A stretch of 64,000 nucleotides of DNA from Minisyncoccia bacterium (GCA_038249055.1 JBBRWS010000002.1:78118-142117); one strand, 5' to 3'. Positions 8,540-18,344 are shown, numbered from the stretch's first letter. Program-made: numbers and translations. The notes: generated by a model not told the origin, from the sequence alone.

Positions 8540-9463
8540 ATGTTTTTTATAAAAACCAAAAGAATAATAATTTCAGGCTGTCGTAATTTTAAGCGTAGTG
8601 GATTCACTTCATTCGCTAGTATTCTTATTATGACAGTGACTTTGTTTGTAATAACTTCTTTAATATTTATCCAAGCTGCATTAAACTCTTCTCTTAATGA
8701 TATAAAAGAAAAAGTTGATGTTACTGTATACTTTGTTTCAGATGCCGAAGAGTCAGCTATTAAAAACATTGAAGTGGCTCTTAAAAATCTACCTGAAGTT
8801 AAGAATATAACTTATACTTCTCAGGACCAGGCTTTAGTAGAATTTAAAGAGAGACATTCTAATGATTATTTAACGCTTCAAGCTCTTGATGAGTTAGATG
8901 AGAATCCATTAGGGGCATCTCTTAATGTTAAAGCAAGAGACCCTTCTCAATACGAAAGTATTTCTAAATATTTTGAAAGCGAAGATGCTCTTTCAAAAGG
9001 GGCTTTAACTATTATTGATAAAATAGATTATCATCAAAATAAAGTTGTAATTGATAGACTTACTTCAATTATTGCAGGTGCAAAAAAACTTGGTTTTGCA
9101 GTTTCTCTTATTCTCGTTATAATTTCGATTATAATTACATTTAGTACAATCAGACTTATTATTTATATGTCCCGTGAGGAAATAAATGTGATGAAGCTCG
9201 TTGGAGCAGGAGCCCGATATATCCGTGGTCCATTTATAGTTTCTGGAGTCTTGGTAGGTATTATATCTTCTATTGTCACAATTTTAATATTTATTCCTGT
9301 TTCAATTTGGCTAGGTAATCAGATGACTGATTTTGTTGGAATTAATTTATTCACATATTATAAAACTAATTTCTTACAGTTATTTATTATTATGCTTGGA
9401 TCGGGTGTAACTATTGGAAGTATTTCCAGTATTTTCGCTATTCATAGATATTTACGAAAGTAA
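8540..9463 (+). CDS. ftsX: Cell division permease FtsX
   Basis: Four TM segments with a large extracellular loop; EINVMKLVGA...IRGPF motif. Confidence 0.9.
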   Translation: MFFIKTKRIIISGCRNFKRSGFTSFASILIMTVTLFVITSLIFIQAALNSSLNDIKEKVDVTVYFVSDAEESAIKNIEVALKNLPEVKNITYTSQDQALVEFKERHSNDYLTLQALDELDENPLGASLNVKARDPSQYESISKYFESEDALSKGALTIIDKIDYHQNKVVIDRLTSIIAGAKKLGFAVSLILVIISIIITFSTIRLIIYMSREEINVMKLVGAGARYIRGPFIVSGVLVGIISSIVTILIFIPVSIWLGNQMTDFVGINLFTYYKTNFLQLFIIMLGSGVTIGSISSIFAIHRYLRK

Positions 9464-9470
9464 TTTGCTT

Positions 9471-11156
9471 ATGAAACAAAAACTTTCTGAAATTTCAAAA
9501 AAAGAGATACCTAATTGTAAGTATATCTTTGTCGTTGGTGGAGTTATTTCAGGTGTAGGTAAAGGAATTACTGCAAGTTCTATTGCACGTATTCTCTCTG
9601 ACCGAGGGGAGCGTGTTACTGCTATTAAAATTGATCCATATATAAATATTGATGCTGGTACTATGAATCCAACTGAGCATGGAGAAGTTTTTGTTTTAGA
9701 TGATGGTGATGAAACTGACCAGGATATGGGCAATTACGAACGTTTTCTTGGTGTAGATTTATCTCGTGCAAATTATTTAACTACAGGGCGTGTTTACCAA
9801 AGCGTAATCGAACGTGAAAGAAATTTAGAATACGGTGGTGCTTGTGTTCAGGTTGTACCTCATATTCCTCTTGAAGTTATTCGTCGCATAGAGAATGCTC
9901 GTGATAAGGCCAATGCCAATGTTGTTGTCATAGAGATAGGCGGTACTGTAGGTGAGTATGAAAATATTCTTTTTCTAGAAGCTGCACGTATGATGAAACT
10001 TCGTAATCATAGTAGTGTATTTTTTGTCATGGTTTCTTATTTACCAATACCAAGTAATGTTGGAGAAATGAAAACAAAGCCAACTCAACATGCCGTTAGA
10101 ACTTTAAATGCTTCAGGTGTACAACCGGATATCATTGTAGCCAGAAGTAAGGTGCCCCTTGATGAAAAAAGAAAAGAAAAATTATCTATGTTTTGTAATA
10201 TTGCACAAGACCATATTATTTCGGCTCCAGATGTAGAAAGTATTTATGATATACCAATAAATTTTGAAAAAGAGGGGTTAGGAGACATGATTTGCAATAC
10301 GATTGGTATGACTTGTGGCCCAGCTGTAAACGAAGGATCTAAAAAATGGAAGAAATTTGCTGATTCAAGTCACACAAAGAAAAATATTGTTAATATAGCT
10401 ATCGTTGGTAAGTATTTTAATACTGGGGATTTTACTTTATCTGATTCTTATTTATCAGTTATTGAAGCAATAAAATATTCTGCATATTCTGTTGGGAGTA
10501 AGCCAGTCTTAACTTGGATTTCATCTATGGATTTTGAGAAGGATCCTAAATCTATCAAAAAATTATCTAGTTATGATGGAATTATTGTTCCTGGAGGATT
10601 TGGCTCAAGAGGCATAGAAGGGATTTTGAAAACAATTGAATATGCAAGAAAACACAATATACCTTATTTCGGTCTTTGCTATGGTATGCAACTTTTAGTT
10701 ATTGAATATGCTCGTAATGTATTGGGTATTAAAGATGCTATAACTCGCGAAGTTAATCCAAATGCTAAAGATTTGGTTATAGATATAATGGAGGATCAAA
10801 AAGCAAAACTTGAAAATAAAGATATGGGAGCTAGTATGAGATTAGGAGCATATGTTGCACATTTAAAAAAGGGAACAATAGCACAAAAAGCTTACAAATC
10901 AGATATCATATCTGAACGTCATCGTCATCGTTATGAAGTAAATCCCGCTTATATAGAGAGATTGGAAAAGGCCGGGTTAGTATTTTCTGGTATTTCCCCA
11001 GACGGAACGCTTTGTGAAATAGCTGAATTACCTTCAAATAAACATCCATTTTTCTTGGGCACACAATTCCACCCAGAATTCAAAGCAAGACCGCTTTCTC
11101 CGCATCCTTTGTTTACTGCTTTTATTAAATCTTGTATAAAAAACAAAAAGAAATAA
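9471..11156 (+). CDS. pyrG: CTP synthase
   Basis: GGVISGVGKG, DAGTMNPTEHGE, GLCYGMQ, TQFHPE. Confidence 0.97.
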   Translation: MKQKLSEISKKEIPNCKYIFVVGGVISGVGKGITASSIARILSDRGERVTAIKIDPYINIDAGTMNPTEHGEVFVLDDGDETDQDMGNYERFLGVDLSRANYLTTGRVYQSVIERERNLEYGGACVQVVPHIPLEVIRRIENARDKANANVVVIEIGGTVGEYENILFLEAARMMKLRNHSSVFFVMVSYLPIPSNVGEMKTKPTQHAVRTLNASGVQPDIIVARSKVPLDEKRKEKLSMFCNIAQDHIISAPDVESIYDIPINFEKEGLGDMICNTIGMTCGPAVNEGSKKWKKFADSSHTKKNIVNIAIVGKYFNTGDFTLSDSYLSVIEAIKYSAYSVGSKPVLTWISSMDFEKDPKSIKKLSSYDGIIVPGGFGSRGIEGILKTIEYARKHNIPYFGLCYGMQLLVIEYARNVLGIKDAITREVNPNAKDLVIDIMEDQKAKLENKDMGASMRLGAYVAHLKKGTIAQKAYKSDIISERHRHRYEVNPAYIERLEKAGLVFSGISPDGTLCEIAELPSNKHPFFLGTQFHPEFKARPLSPHPLFTAFIKSCIKNKKK

Positions 11157-11162
11157 AATAAA

Positions 11163-11263
11163 AAAATAGCCCAGTAGGTCAATCTACTGATTGAAGGTTG
11201 GACGTCTACGGGAGACGTCCATTAGAGGTCCAACCTCTATCTGGCTTCGGAGGTTGTACCTCT
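11163..11263 (+). repeat. REP-like multi-hairpin 3' element
   Basis: Short palindromes (GGACGTCT..AGACGTCC, AGAGGTCCAACCTCT, GGAGGTTGTACCTCT); first ~55 nt resemble 37434-37488. Confidence 0.6.
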
Positions 11264-11308
11264 ATAAAAATACCTCCTCGATTTTTAGAGAAGGTATTTT
11301 TAATATTT

Positions 11309-12034
11309 TTATTGTAATGAATCGCTACCTGTGCGAATTTTACTATTTTTAATTATTTCTAAAATTTCGTCTTCATTGTCTTTAATTATAAATAGATTAG
11401 AATCTTCTTCGTCTATGGTTTTATATTTTTCTAATAAAACTTCTCGTATGACTTTTATTAAAGGATTCCAAAATTCAGAACCAAAAAGTATAACAGGAAT
11501 TTTCCCAGTTTTTCCAGTTTGTAAATGAGTTAGTAATTCAAAAAGCTCATCTAGTGTACCAAATCCACCTGGGCAAAAAATACAAACTTCTGTTGCATAA
11601 GACATTGAAGCCTGACGAGCAAAGAAAAATTCAAAAGGTATTTCTTCTTTAACATATGGGTTAGTAGATTGTTCATGGGGAAGTCTAATAGTGAGACCAA
11701 GTGATCTTCCCCCTGCTTCGAATGCTCCACGATTTGCAGCTTCCATAGCTCCACCACCTCCACCGGTAATAATTGCGTAGTCTAATTCTTTAGATATTCT
11801 ATAAGCAAGACTCTGGACCATTTTGTATGGTTGGCCATCCTCTTTTAATCTAGTTGAACCATAAAAAGTGACGGAAGGATTACAATTTTTAATACCATCT
11901 ATTCCATTTCTAAACTCTTCCTTTATCATGCATAATTTGGTTTCCTCTTCATTGTTTCCAGTTACAACTATGCAGCCATTTTTTATTTCATCGATTGTTA
12001 GATGTCCGTGTTTTTTTATTGGTTCAGTATTCAT
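11309..12034 (-). CDS. LOG family (TIGR00730-type) protein
   Basis: TGGGGGAMEAANRGA, PGGFGTLDELFE. Confidence 0.9.
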   Translation of the reverse strand: MNTEPIKKHGHLTIDEIKNGCIVVTGNNEEETKLCMIKEEFRNGIDGIKNCNPSVTFYGSTRLKEDGQPYKMVQSLAYRISKELDYAIITGGGGGAMEAANRGAFEAGGRSLGLTIRLPHEQSTNPYVKEEIPFEFFFARQASMSYATEVCIFCPGGFGTLDELFELLTHLQTGKTGKIPVILFGSEFWNPLIKVIREVLLEKYKTIDEEDSNLFIIKDNEDEILEIIKNSKIRTGSDSLQ

Positions 12035-12145
12035 AAATCTAATTTTACTCCAATATTGTTATATTTTCAATTGTTTTTTGGCTGTTTTATGGTACTATGT
12101 TGAAGTTATCGATGCATTACATAATTAAATCGATTAAATAATTAT

Positions 12146-12216
12146 TGCGGGATCGTCTAATGGTAGGACTACAGTTTCTGGAACTGTGTATCTAGGTTCG
12201 AATCCTAGTCCCGCAG
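12146..12216 (+). tRNA. tRNA-Gln(CUG)
   Basis: TGCGGGA...TCCCGCA, anticodon arm ACAGT-TTCTGGA-ACTGT, T-arm CTAGG-TTCGAAT-CCTAG. Confidence 0.95.
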
Positions 12217-12218
12217 CA

Positions 12219-12456
12219 AAAAAATAAAAGCGTAGCGTTTTTTGCTGCGGGACGAAAGCAAACTACTTTGCTTGCGTCTACGATTAGTAAATCGAACCGT
12301 GAGGAGGATTCGAAGACCTTTTCCGTGTGAGTGCGTCCACGAACGGAAAAGGTGTACAGAACCAGCGAATGAGTACATTCGCCTACTGGGTAGGGTTCGA
12401 AAAGTGCGAATGAGTACATTCGCCTACTGGGTACTCACGGTCCTAGTCCCGCAGCA
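12219..12456 (+). repeat. tRNA-Gln trailer element, copy 1
   Basis: Inverted TGCTGCGGGAC, multiple hairpins, ends in direct repeat TCCTAGTCCCGCAGCA of the tRNA 3' end; ~120 nt near-identical to 13369-13487. Confidence 0.85.
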
Positions 12457-12505
12457 AATTTGACATAAAAGCAATTATATTGTTTATATATGCTATGATA
12501 TAGAT

Positions 12506-13216
12506 ATGAATAAAAATAAACTTGTTATAGCATTTTTTGTGTTAGTTATTGTTTTGGGATTCGGGGTGTACTACTTTTCTTCTAAGGATAAAACCATTCC
12601 ACCAGGCGAGGATATAAATTCTCCTTTGGTTTCTTCTGTGGTTTATAAAAATAATGATTACGGATTTAACTTTTCTTTACCTGCTAATTGGCAAGGATAT
12701 TCAATTGTGAGTAATACATGGGAAGGGATGTCTTTAACTACTTCCACGATAGTCGAAACTGGGCCAAAACTTCTAATACGGGATCCAAAATGGACAGTAA
12801 CTTCACCTCATGAAGATCTACCAATATTGGTTTTTACAATTCAGCAATGGAATTCATATCTAGCAGAGAATTTCTCCATTGGTGCCGCACCAATTAAAGC
12901 AAGTGAATTAGCACGTAATAATACTTACGTCTTCGCTCTTCCAACACGTTGGGATTTTGATTATAGTCTAGGCTTCAAAGAAGCACAGGATATTATTGCA
13001 GGAAATCCTATCCGTACATTCGATTTAGTAATAGTCGATAAACCACAAGGTAAGTTAAATATAAACGTCATATGTGAGCAGGCAATATCATACATGAAAT
13101 TTACAGATGCAAAAAGCGCAGATTTGTTTATTGCTGACTGTAAAGAAGGAAAACACCCCGAAGTAATAGAAAAATATAAAGCAGATATGAATCTTGGTGA
13201 TGGTGTTGCAATTTAA
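12506..13216 (+). CDS. Hypothetical exported/membrane-anchored protein
   Basis: N-terminal TM helix; YKNNDYGFNFSLPANW PsbP-like start. Confidence 0.75.
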   Translation: MNKNKLVIAFFVLVIVLGFGVYYFSSKDKTIPPGEDINSPLVSSVVYKNNDYGFNFSLPANWQGYSIVSNTWEGMSLTTSTIVETGPKLLIRDPKWTVTSPHEDLPILVFTIQQWNSYLAENFSIGAAPIKASELARNNTYVFALPTRWDFDYSLGFKEAQDIIAGNPIRTFDLVIVDKPQGKLNINVICEQAISYMKFTDAKSADLFIADCKEGKHPEVIEKYKADMNLGDGVAI

Positions 13217-13286
13217 TAGTAAAGAATAAATCAACAAGCTCAGACTTGTTTAGTTTTTTCTAAATAAGTTCCAACATCTACCCAGA

Positions 13287-13510
13287 CCGCCGCAAATAAG
13301 CTAAGGCTTATTTGCGGCGGGAAGCGAGCAAACTGCTCATTTAATAAAATGACCTACTGGGTTTGCTCGCGTCTACGATTAGTAAATCGAACCGTGAGGA
13401 GGATTCGAAGACCTTTTCCGTGTGAGTGCGTCCACGAACGGAAAAGGTGTACTGAACCAGCGAATGAGTACATTCGCCTACTGGGTACTCACGGTCCTAG
13501 TCCCACAGCA
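13287..13510 (+). repeat. tRNA-Gln trailer element, copy 2
   Basis: Hairpin CCGCCGCAAATAAGC/GCTTATTTGCGGCGG, core shared with copy 1, ends TCCTAGTCCCACAGCA. Confidence 0.85.
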
Positions 13511-13592
13511 GTTTAGTATCGATGGACCTAGAGGGGTTAGGGACTGAGTCTCGAAATTTCTATATCAATGTTTATATGCTAAAATACCTAAT

Positions 13593-14123
13593 ATGAATAG
13601 AAAAAATATAATTATATTTACCTTGATCGCAATTCTTGCTTTAGCATACGTACTTATCAAGTACGTAAATCAGCCCGACCCCGAACAAAAAATAAAGGAT
13701 CCAGAGCCAATTGCATATGAGTGTAACGGTGATGGCAAGGTGTGCCCGGATGGTTCAGTTGTGGGCAGAACAGGAAGTGATTGTAGTTTTGCGATGTGCC
13801 CCGCGCCAGATGCAAAATCGGCAAAAATCACAACAACACTTGGGCAGGTATCAACCGCATTAAATGTTTCCATTACTCCCAAAGAAGTTGTTTCTGACAG
13901 TCGTTGCCCTTCTGACGTGCAATGCATCTGGGCTGGCACTGTCGAGGTACGTACCGTCACCGCAACCAAGGTCTCTCATGGCGAACAAATTTTCAAACTT
14001 AATGAGCCAAAAATATTCGGAGATTTTGAAATAACCTTGATCGAAGTTGCACCATACCCAAAGTCCGGCGAAAAAATCAAGGAATCATCCTATCGCTTTT
14101 CGTACGAAGTCACAAGAAGGTAG
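13593..14123 (+). CDS. Hypothetical membrane-anchored Cys-rich protein
   Basis: N-terminal TM; CPDGSVVGR..C and DSRCPSDVQCIWAG motifs; visibly more GC-rich than the flanks. Confidence 0.8.
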   Translation: MNRKNIIIFTLIAILALAYVLIKYVNQPDPEQKIKDPEPIAYECNGDGKVCPDGSVVGRTGSDCSFAMCPAPDAKSAKITTTLGQVSTALNVSITPKEVVSDSRCPSDVQCIWAGTVEVRTVTATKVSHGEQIFKLNEPKIFGDFEITLIEVAPYPKSGEKIKESSYRFSYEVTRR

Positions 14124-14306
14124 AGATAGGATTCTGTTATAATAAATTTATGAACATGTTTAAATCACTGAAGATCTAAAATTCATGGTAAATAAGTACT
14201 CGGAGTTCTCAGCCCTAATAAATCTTATTTTCCGTTAAAAATGTTCCAACATCGACCCAAACTCTCAGAAAGTTATTTTCAAATATTACCGTGATATAAT
14301 ATATAC

Positions 14307-15038
14307 ATGAAGAAAATTATTTACATTATTTTAATATTGGCTTTAGTTGGTATCCTCTTTTTTTCTATTATTGGAAACAAGAAGGAAGAAATAGTAAACA
14401 ATCCAATAAATAATTCCGAAACAGAATACGTATATTATAAAAATTCCGAATATAGCCCGGAATTCATTTATCCTAAATCGTGGGGAGAAGTTACTATAAA
14501 AGAAGGAAATAAAATATGTCCTGAGGAAGATAGTTATCGCACAAGTGATACGCTGCAAATTTTTGACTGGGAATTCGCCTTTAATGAAATAAAACTTCCA
14601 GGATCAGAAAGTATTATTCGTGTTGGTATTCGCCAGTATGAGCTCGACCCCAAAAAACTAAATGATTGCGGAGACGATTTTCATTTAAAGATTGCTAGAA
14701 AAGAAGTTATTCCCGAATCACTATCTTCTTTTATATTAAATTCAGTAACACTCAAGAGTGGTCTGTCTGGTACTTATAACAAGGAGGCTAGCCGGCTCAA
14801 TACAGAGGCACGAACACAATATGCTTTCTTTGTTTTACAAAACTCAAGAATATATATTCTTCAGCCTTACATGAGTTTTATTCCTTATTTTGGTTCTCCT
14901 GAGTTAAAAGAAATGGAACAAGAATTCGGTGGGGATATGAGTGAGTATATAAAGAGTGGAAAAACAGCCCAAAATATAAGAAGATATTTGGAAGAATTTA
15001 CTAAGATGACAGAAAGTTTGAAATTTTCGGCTAAATAA
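14307..15038 (+). CDS. Hypothetical membrane-anchored protein
   Basis: 243-aa ORF with N-terminal TM; TATAAT 6 nt before the ATG. Confidence 0.75.
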   Translation: MKKIIYIILILALVGILFFSIIGNKKEEIVNNPINNSETEYVYYKNSEYSPEFIYPKSWGEVTIKEGNKICPEEDSYRTSDTLQIFDWEFAFNEIKLPGSESIIRVGIRQYELDPKKLNDCGDDFHLKIARKEVIPESLSSFILNSVTLKSGLSGTYNKEASRLNTEARTQYAFFVLQNSRIYILQPYMSFIPYFGSPELKEMEQEFGGDMSEYIKSGKTAQNIRRYLEEFTKMTESLKFSAK

Positions 15039-15251
15039 TTGTTAAAGCTAAACTTGTTCCAATAGCGAACCATACGGCCAGCAATTGATATAATAAAAAT
15101 ATGAATCTAAAAAATTTTTTATTGGCTGGGCAATAAGTTTTTTTGTAGTTATTTGTTTAGTAATGATATATTATTTATTTTTTAAATAAATTCCAACTTT
15201 GTCCCATAAGGTCAGCAACTGTTTTTGATTTACTTTTGGTATAATAGAACT

Positions 15252-15719
15252 ATGATTAAATATAAACATACCCAAATAGGATATCTAATGCTATTTGTTA
15301 CGCTAGCTGTTTTGGTGCTCTTCGCATGGGTTCAAATTATGGCCAGGCTCGAGTCTCCCTCGATCAACTCTGGCACAAATTTTGCTGTTACTGGGATAAT
15401 GGTATTAATCCTGTTTATTCTTGCATCATTTGCCACACTGACAGTATCGATTGATGAAAATTATGTACGAATAAAATTTGGTTATGGACTTTTTCAAAAG
15501 AAATTATTACTTAATGAAATAAGTTCTGTTAAAACTGTAAAAAATCATTGGTACTACGGATGGGGGATAAGATTATGGTTATGGCCTACCACTTGGATTT
15601 ATAATGTTTCTGGTTTTGATGCAGTTGAATTAATCATGAAGAACGGAAAAATATATCGAATAGGAACAGATGAACCAATAAAACTTGAATCTGCTATTAT
15701 CACAGCTATAAATAGATAG
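15252..15719 (+). CDS. Membrane protein with bacterial PH-like domain
   Basis: Two TM helices then YYGWGIR...YNVSG...RIGTDEP. Confidence 0.75.
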   Translation: MIKYKHTQIGYLMLFVTLAVLVLFAWVQIMARLESPSINSGTNFAVTGIMVLILFILASFATLTVSIDENYVRIKFGYGLFQKKLLLNEISSVKTVKNHWYYGWGIRLWLWPTTWIYNVSGFDAVELIMKNGKIYRIGTDEPIKLESAIITAINR

Positions 15720-15851
15720 AATTCAAAGCATTATTAATAGTTTTGGAAATATTATTCTTTTAGAATGATTTACTAAAATTTAATATAAGTTCTAATATTG
15801 CACTAGATACACAGCAAGGTTTTTAACTATTGTTTTGGTATAATATGGCCT

Positions 15852-16016
15852 ATGAATGAAAATCAACAGAGAATTAAAGAAATTGAATATACTCAAATTA
15901 ATTTTTTGAATAAATTAAATGTTTTAAAAAATGAAAAGAATAGATTGACTAAGGATATAAATAAAAAGTTAGATTTAATCAAGATAGATAAAATCCTTAA
16001 TGATATAAACAAATAA
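15852..16016 (+). CDS. Small hypothetical coiled-coil protein (54 aa, not in the ORF track)
   Basis: MNENQQRIKEIEY...NDINK*; follows TGGTATAAT; stop is 1 nt before the next ATG. Confidence 0.6.
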   Translation: MNENQQRIKEIEYTQINFLNKLNVLKNEKNRLTKDINKKLDLIKIDKILNDINK

Positions 16017-16017
16017 T

Positions 16018-16812
16018 ATGATTAATTTTGAAAAAAACATACAGAGTATTGAATTTAAAGATAATGAGAATGAATTTGTTGAATCTTTGCCCGAGTCTAA
16101 TTTAGAAGATTTATCTAGTAAAACCGAACTTGAAATTAATAATTCTGCAACGTTGCTTATTAATAAAAACTCTGAGTTGCTTGAAGAACCTGAGGCTAAA
16201 AATTTTCTAGAGGTAAAGAAGTTGGTTGAATTAAATGAAGAAATAAATAAACTTCAAAATGAAGCTATAGATAGTATTTCTTGGATTAAAAATATAAAAA
16301 GATTTAATTTAGATAAAAGTACAAAAGAAAGTTTTTATGATATTGAAATTCAGGGCTCTGAAGAATTTAGAGAAAAGATTAAAAATTCTTTAAGTTATTT
16401 ATCATTATCTCCAGAAAAATTAGATTTTTCTAAAAAATATATTAAAAGAATTCAAGAATGGAGTCATTCAGGTATGAATATGTTCAAAGATAAACCAACT
16501 TTTGAGATAGGGGATATCTGGAAAGAATCAGATGAAGTGTATTTAGCAAGCGGGATTGCTCATGATGCATATCATTCATATTTATGTGCTGGGAGTGAAG
16601 ATTCTAATGGGAATATTTCTTTGGGGGCTTATGTCGGAAAAGAAGCAGAAAAAAAATGCTTAGCTTTTCAAATTGATACACTGGAGAGTATTAAAAAAAC
16701 TGACCATATGAAGAATTATCAAAATGAGATTGATAATGATATTAATGGTCTTAAGGAATTAATGATTGATCCAACATATCAAGATATTCCATATGAGGAG
16801 AGGAATTGGTAA
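16018..16812 (+). CDS. Hypothetical protein (HDAYH, possible metal-binding motif)
   Basis: 264-aa ORF. Confidence 0.65.
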   Translation: MINFEKNIQSIEFKDNENEFVESLPESNLEDLSSKTELEINNSATLLINKNSELLEEPEAKNFLEVKKLVELNEEINKLQNEAIDSISWIKNIKRFNLDKSTKESFYDIEIQGSEEFREKIKNSLSYLSLSPEKLDFSKKYIKRIQEWSHSGMNMFKDKPTFEIGDIWKESDEVYLASGIAHDAYHSYLCAGSEDSNGNISLGAYVGKEAEKKCLAFQIDTLESIKKTDHMKNYQNEIDNDINGLKELMIDPTYQDIPYEERNW

Positions 16813-16896
16813 TAAACTTATTCACATAAAATAATTTCTAGCATCGACCCAGACAGTCAGCAGTGGTTTTAACTATTGTTTTGGTATAATGCAATC

Positions 16897-17313
16897 ATGA
16901 ATAATATTAGACCCAATGCCTTAATTATAATTGTAAAAGATAATTATGTGCTTGCTGAAAAAGGGGTTGATTTAAATACAAATAAAACTTTTTACCGTCT
17001 TATGGGTGGTGGTATTGAATTTGGTGAATTATCCTCGATGACAACCAAAAGAGAAATGTTGGAAGAGTTAAATGTAGAAATCATAAATGAAGAATTTCTG
17101 TGTTCAATTGAAAATATTTTTGAATTCAATTCAAAAAAATATCACGAGCTCACTTTTTTATATAAAGGAGAATTTTTAGATAAATCTATGTATGAAAAAC
17201 AAATAATCCAAAGAGTTGATGGTTATTCCAGTTACTCTGAGTGGGTTTCTATATCAGAAATTAAAAAAGGTAATATTATATTTTATCCTGAAAAAGCCAT
17301 AGAATATCTTTAA
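16897..17313 (+). CDS. NUDIX hydrolase
   Basis: GGGIEFGE...KREMLEEL Nudix box. Confidence 0.88.
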   Translation: MNNIRPNALIIIVKDNYVLAEKGVDLNTNKTFYRLMGGGIEFGELSSMTTKREMLEELNVEIINEEFLCSIENIFEFNSKKYHELTFLYKGEFLDKSMYEKQIIQRVDGYSSYSEWVSISEIKKGNIIFYPEKAIEYL

Positions 17314-17338
17314 ACTATTTATTTGATACAATAAACCA

Positions 17339-18253
17339 ATGTCCACTGTTAAAACTAAAATAGATAAAGAAATAGTATTTTCTTATCTTAAAAATAATTT
17401 TGATAATTCTGTTTTAAATCTAGAATTTATAAATGGAGGAGAGATGTCTCAGGCTTTTAGCTTTCAAACGAACAAAGGTAACTTTGTTATTAGGGTAAAT
17501 ACAAGTTCAAGGTCTTTTTATAAAGACCAAAAGGCCTTTGAGCGTTTTGGTAATAAGGGTGTGCCAATTCCTAAAATAATAGAGATAGGTCAAATGGATG
17601 ATATCTATCATTTTGCAATTTCTGAAAAAGCAGAAGGCAAACACATAACAGATCTTACAGAGGAAGAATATAAAAAAACACTACCAAGTCTTTTGAAAAT
17701 AATGGATTCTATCCATGATTTGGGGATAAAAAATACAAAAGGTTTTGGAAAATGGAATCTAGAAGGTAATGGGGTTTATGATACATGGAGAGAATTTATT
17801 CTTGCTGTAAATGAATTTCAAAACAAAGAAGATCTTTTTAAGACATCTTTTTTAGAGAAGGATATATGGGAAAAAATTTATTCGAAAATTGAAAAACTTT
17901 CAGAATTTTGTCCTGAAGAAAGATTTTTAGTTCATGGAGATTATGGTAATAATAATGCTGTATCAGACGGAGAGAAGGTCACAGGTGTTTTCGATTGGGC
18001 AGATTCGTTGTATGGAGATTATTTATATGATATTGCTTGGATTACATTTTGGTTAAAGAAACCTGAAAGAATAAAAGAAATTGAGGACTACTATGAAGTT
18101 AAAAATATTTCTAATTTTACACAAAGATTACTTTGTTATAAATTACGCATAGGTCTTGGATCATTAAGTTTTTATGCTTATTCTAACCAAAAAGATAAAT
18201 ATGACTCTATTAAACAAAGAACGCTTAATTTATTACCTGAATTAAATAAGTAG
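17339..18253 (+). CDS. Aminoglycoside phosphotransferase family (hygromycin-kinase-like)
   Basis: GGEMSQAFSF, LVHGDYGNNN, GVFDWADSLYGDYLYD. Confidence 0.85.
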   Translation: MSTVKTKIDKEIVFSYLKNNFDNSVLNLEFINGGEMSQAFSFQTNKGNFVIRVNTSSRSFYKDQKAFERFGNKGVPIPKIIEIGQMDDIYHFAISEKAEGKHITDLTEEEYKKTLPSLLKIMDSIHDLGIKNTKGFGKWNLEGNGVYDTWREFILAVNEFQNKEDLFKTSFLEKDIWEKIYSKIEKLSEFCPEERFLVHGDYGNNNAVSDGEKVTGVFDWADSLYGDYLYDIAWITFWLKKPERIKEIEDYYEVKNISNFTQRLLCYKLRIGLGSLSFYAYSNQKDKYDSIKQRTLNLLPELNK

Positions 18254-18344
18254 TTATTTAGCCTTATTTTTAGCAATAAAAGTTAAAATTTCAATCCAAA
18301 CAATTAGCAATTATTTTGACTACCGTTTTGGTATAATTAAAAAC

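Noticed and set aside
12192-12463. ORFs 12192-12419(-) and 12242-12463(+)
   Set aside because: They run through the tRNA and the palindromic trailer element and have no protein-like features.
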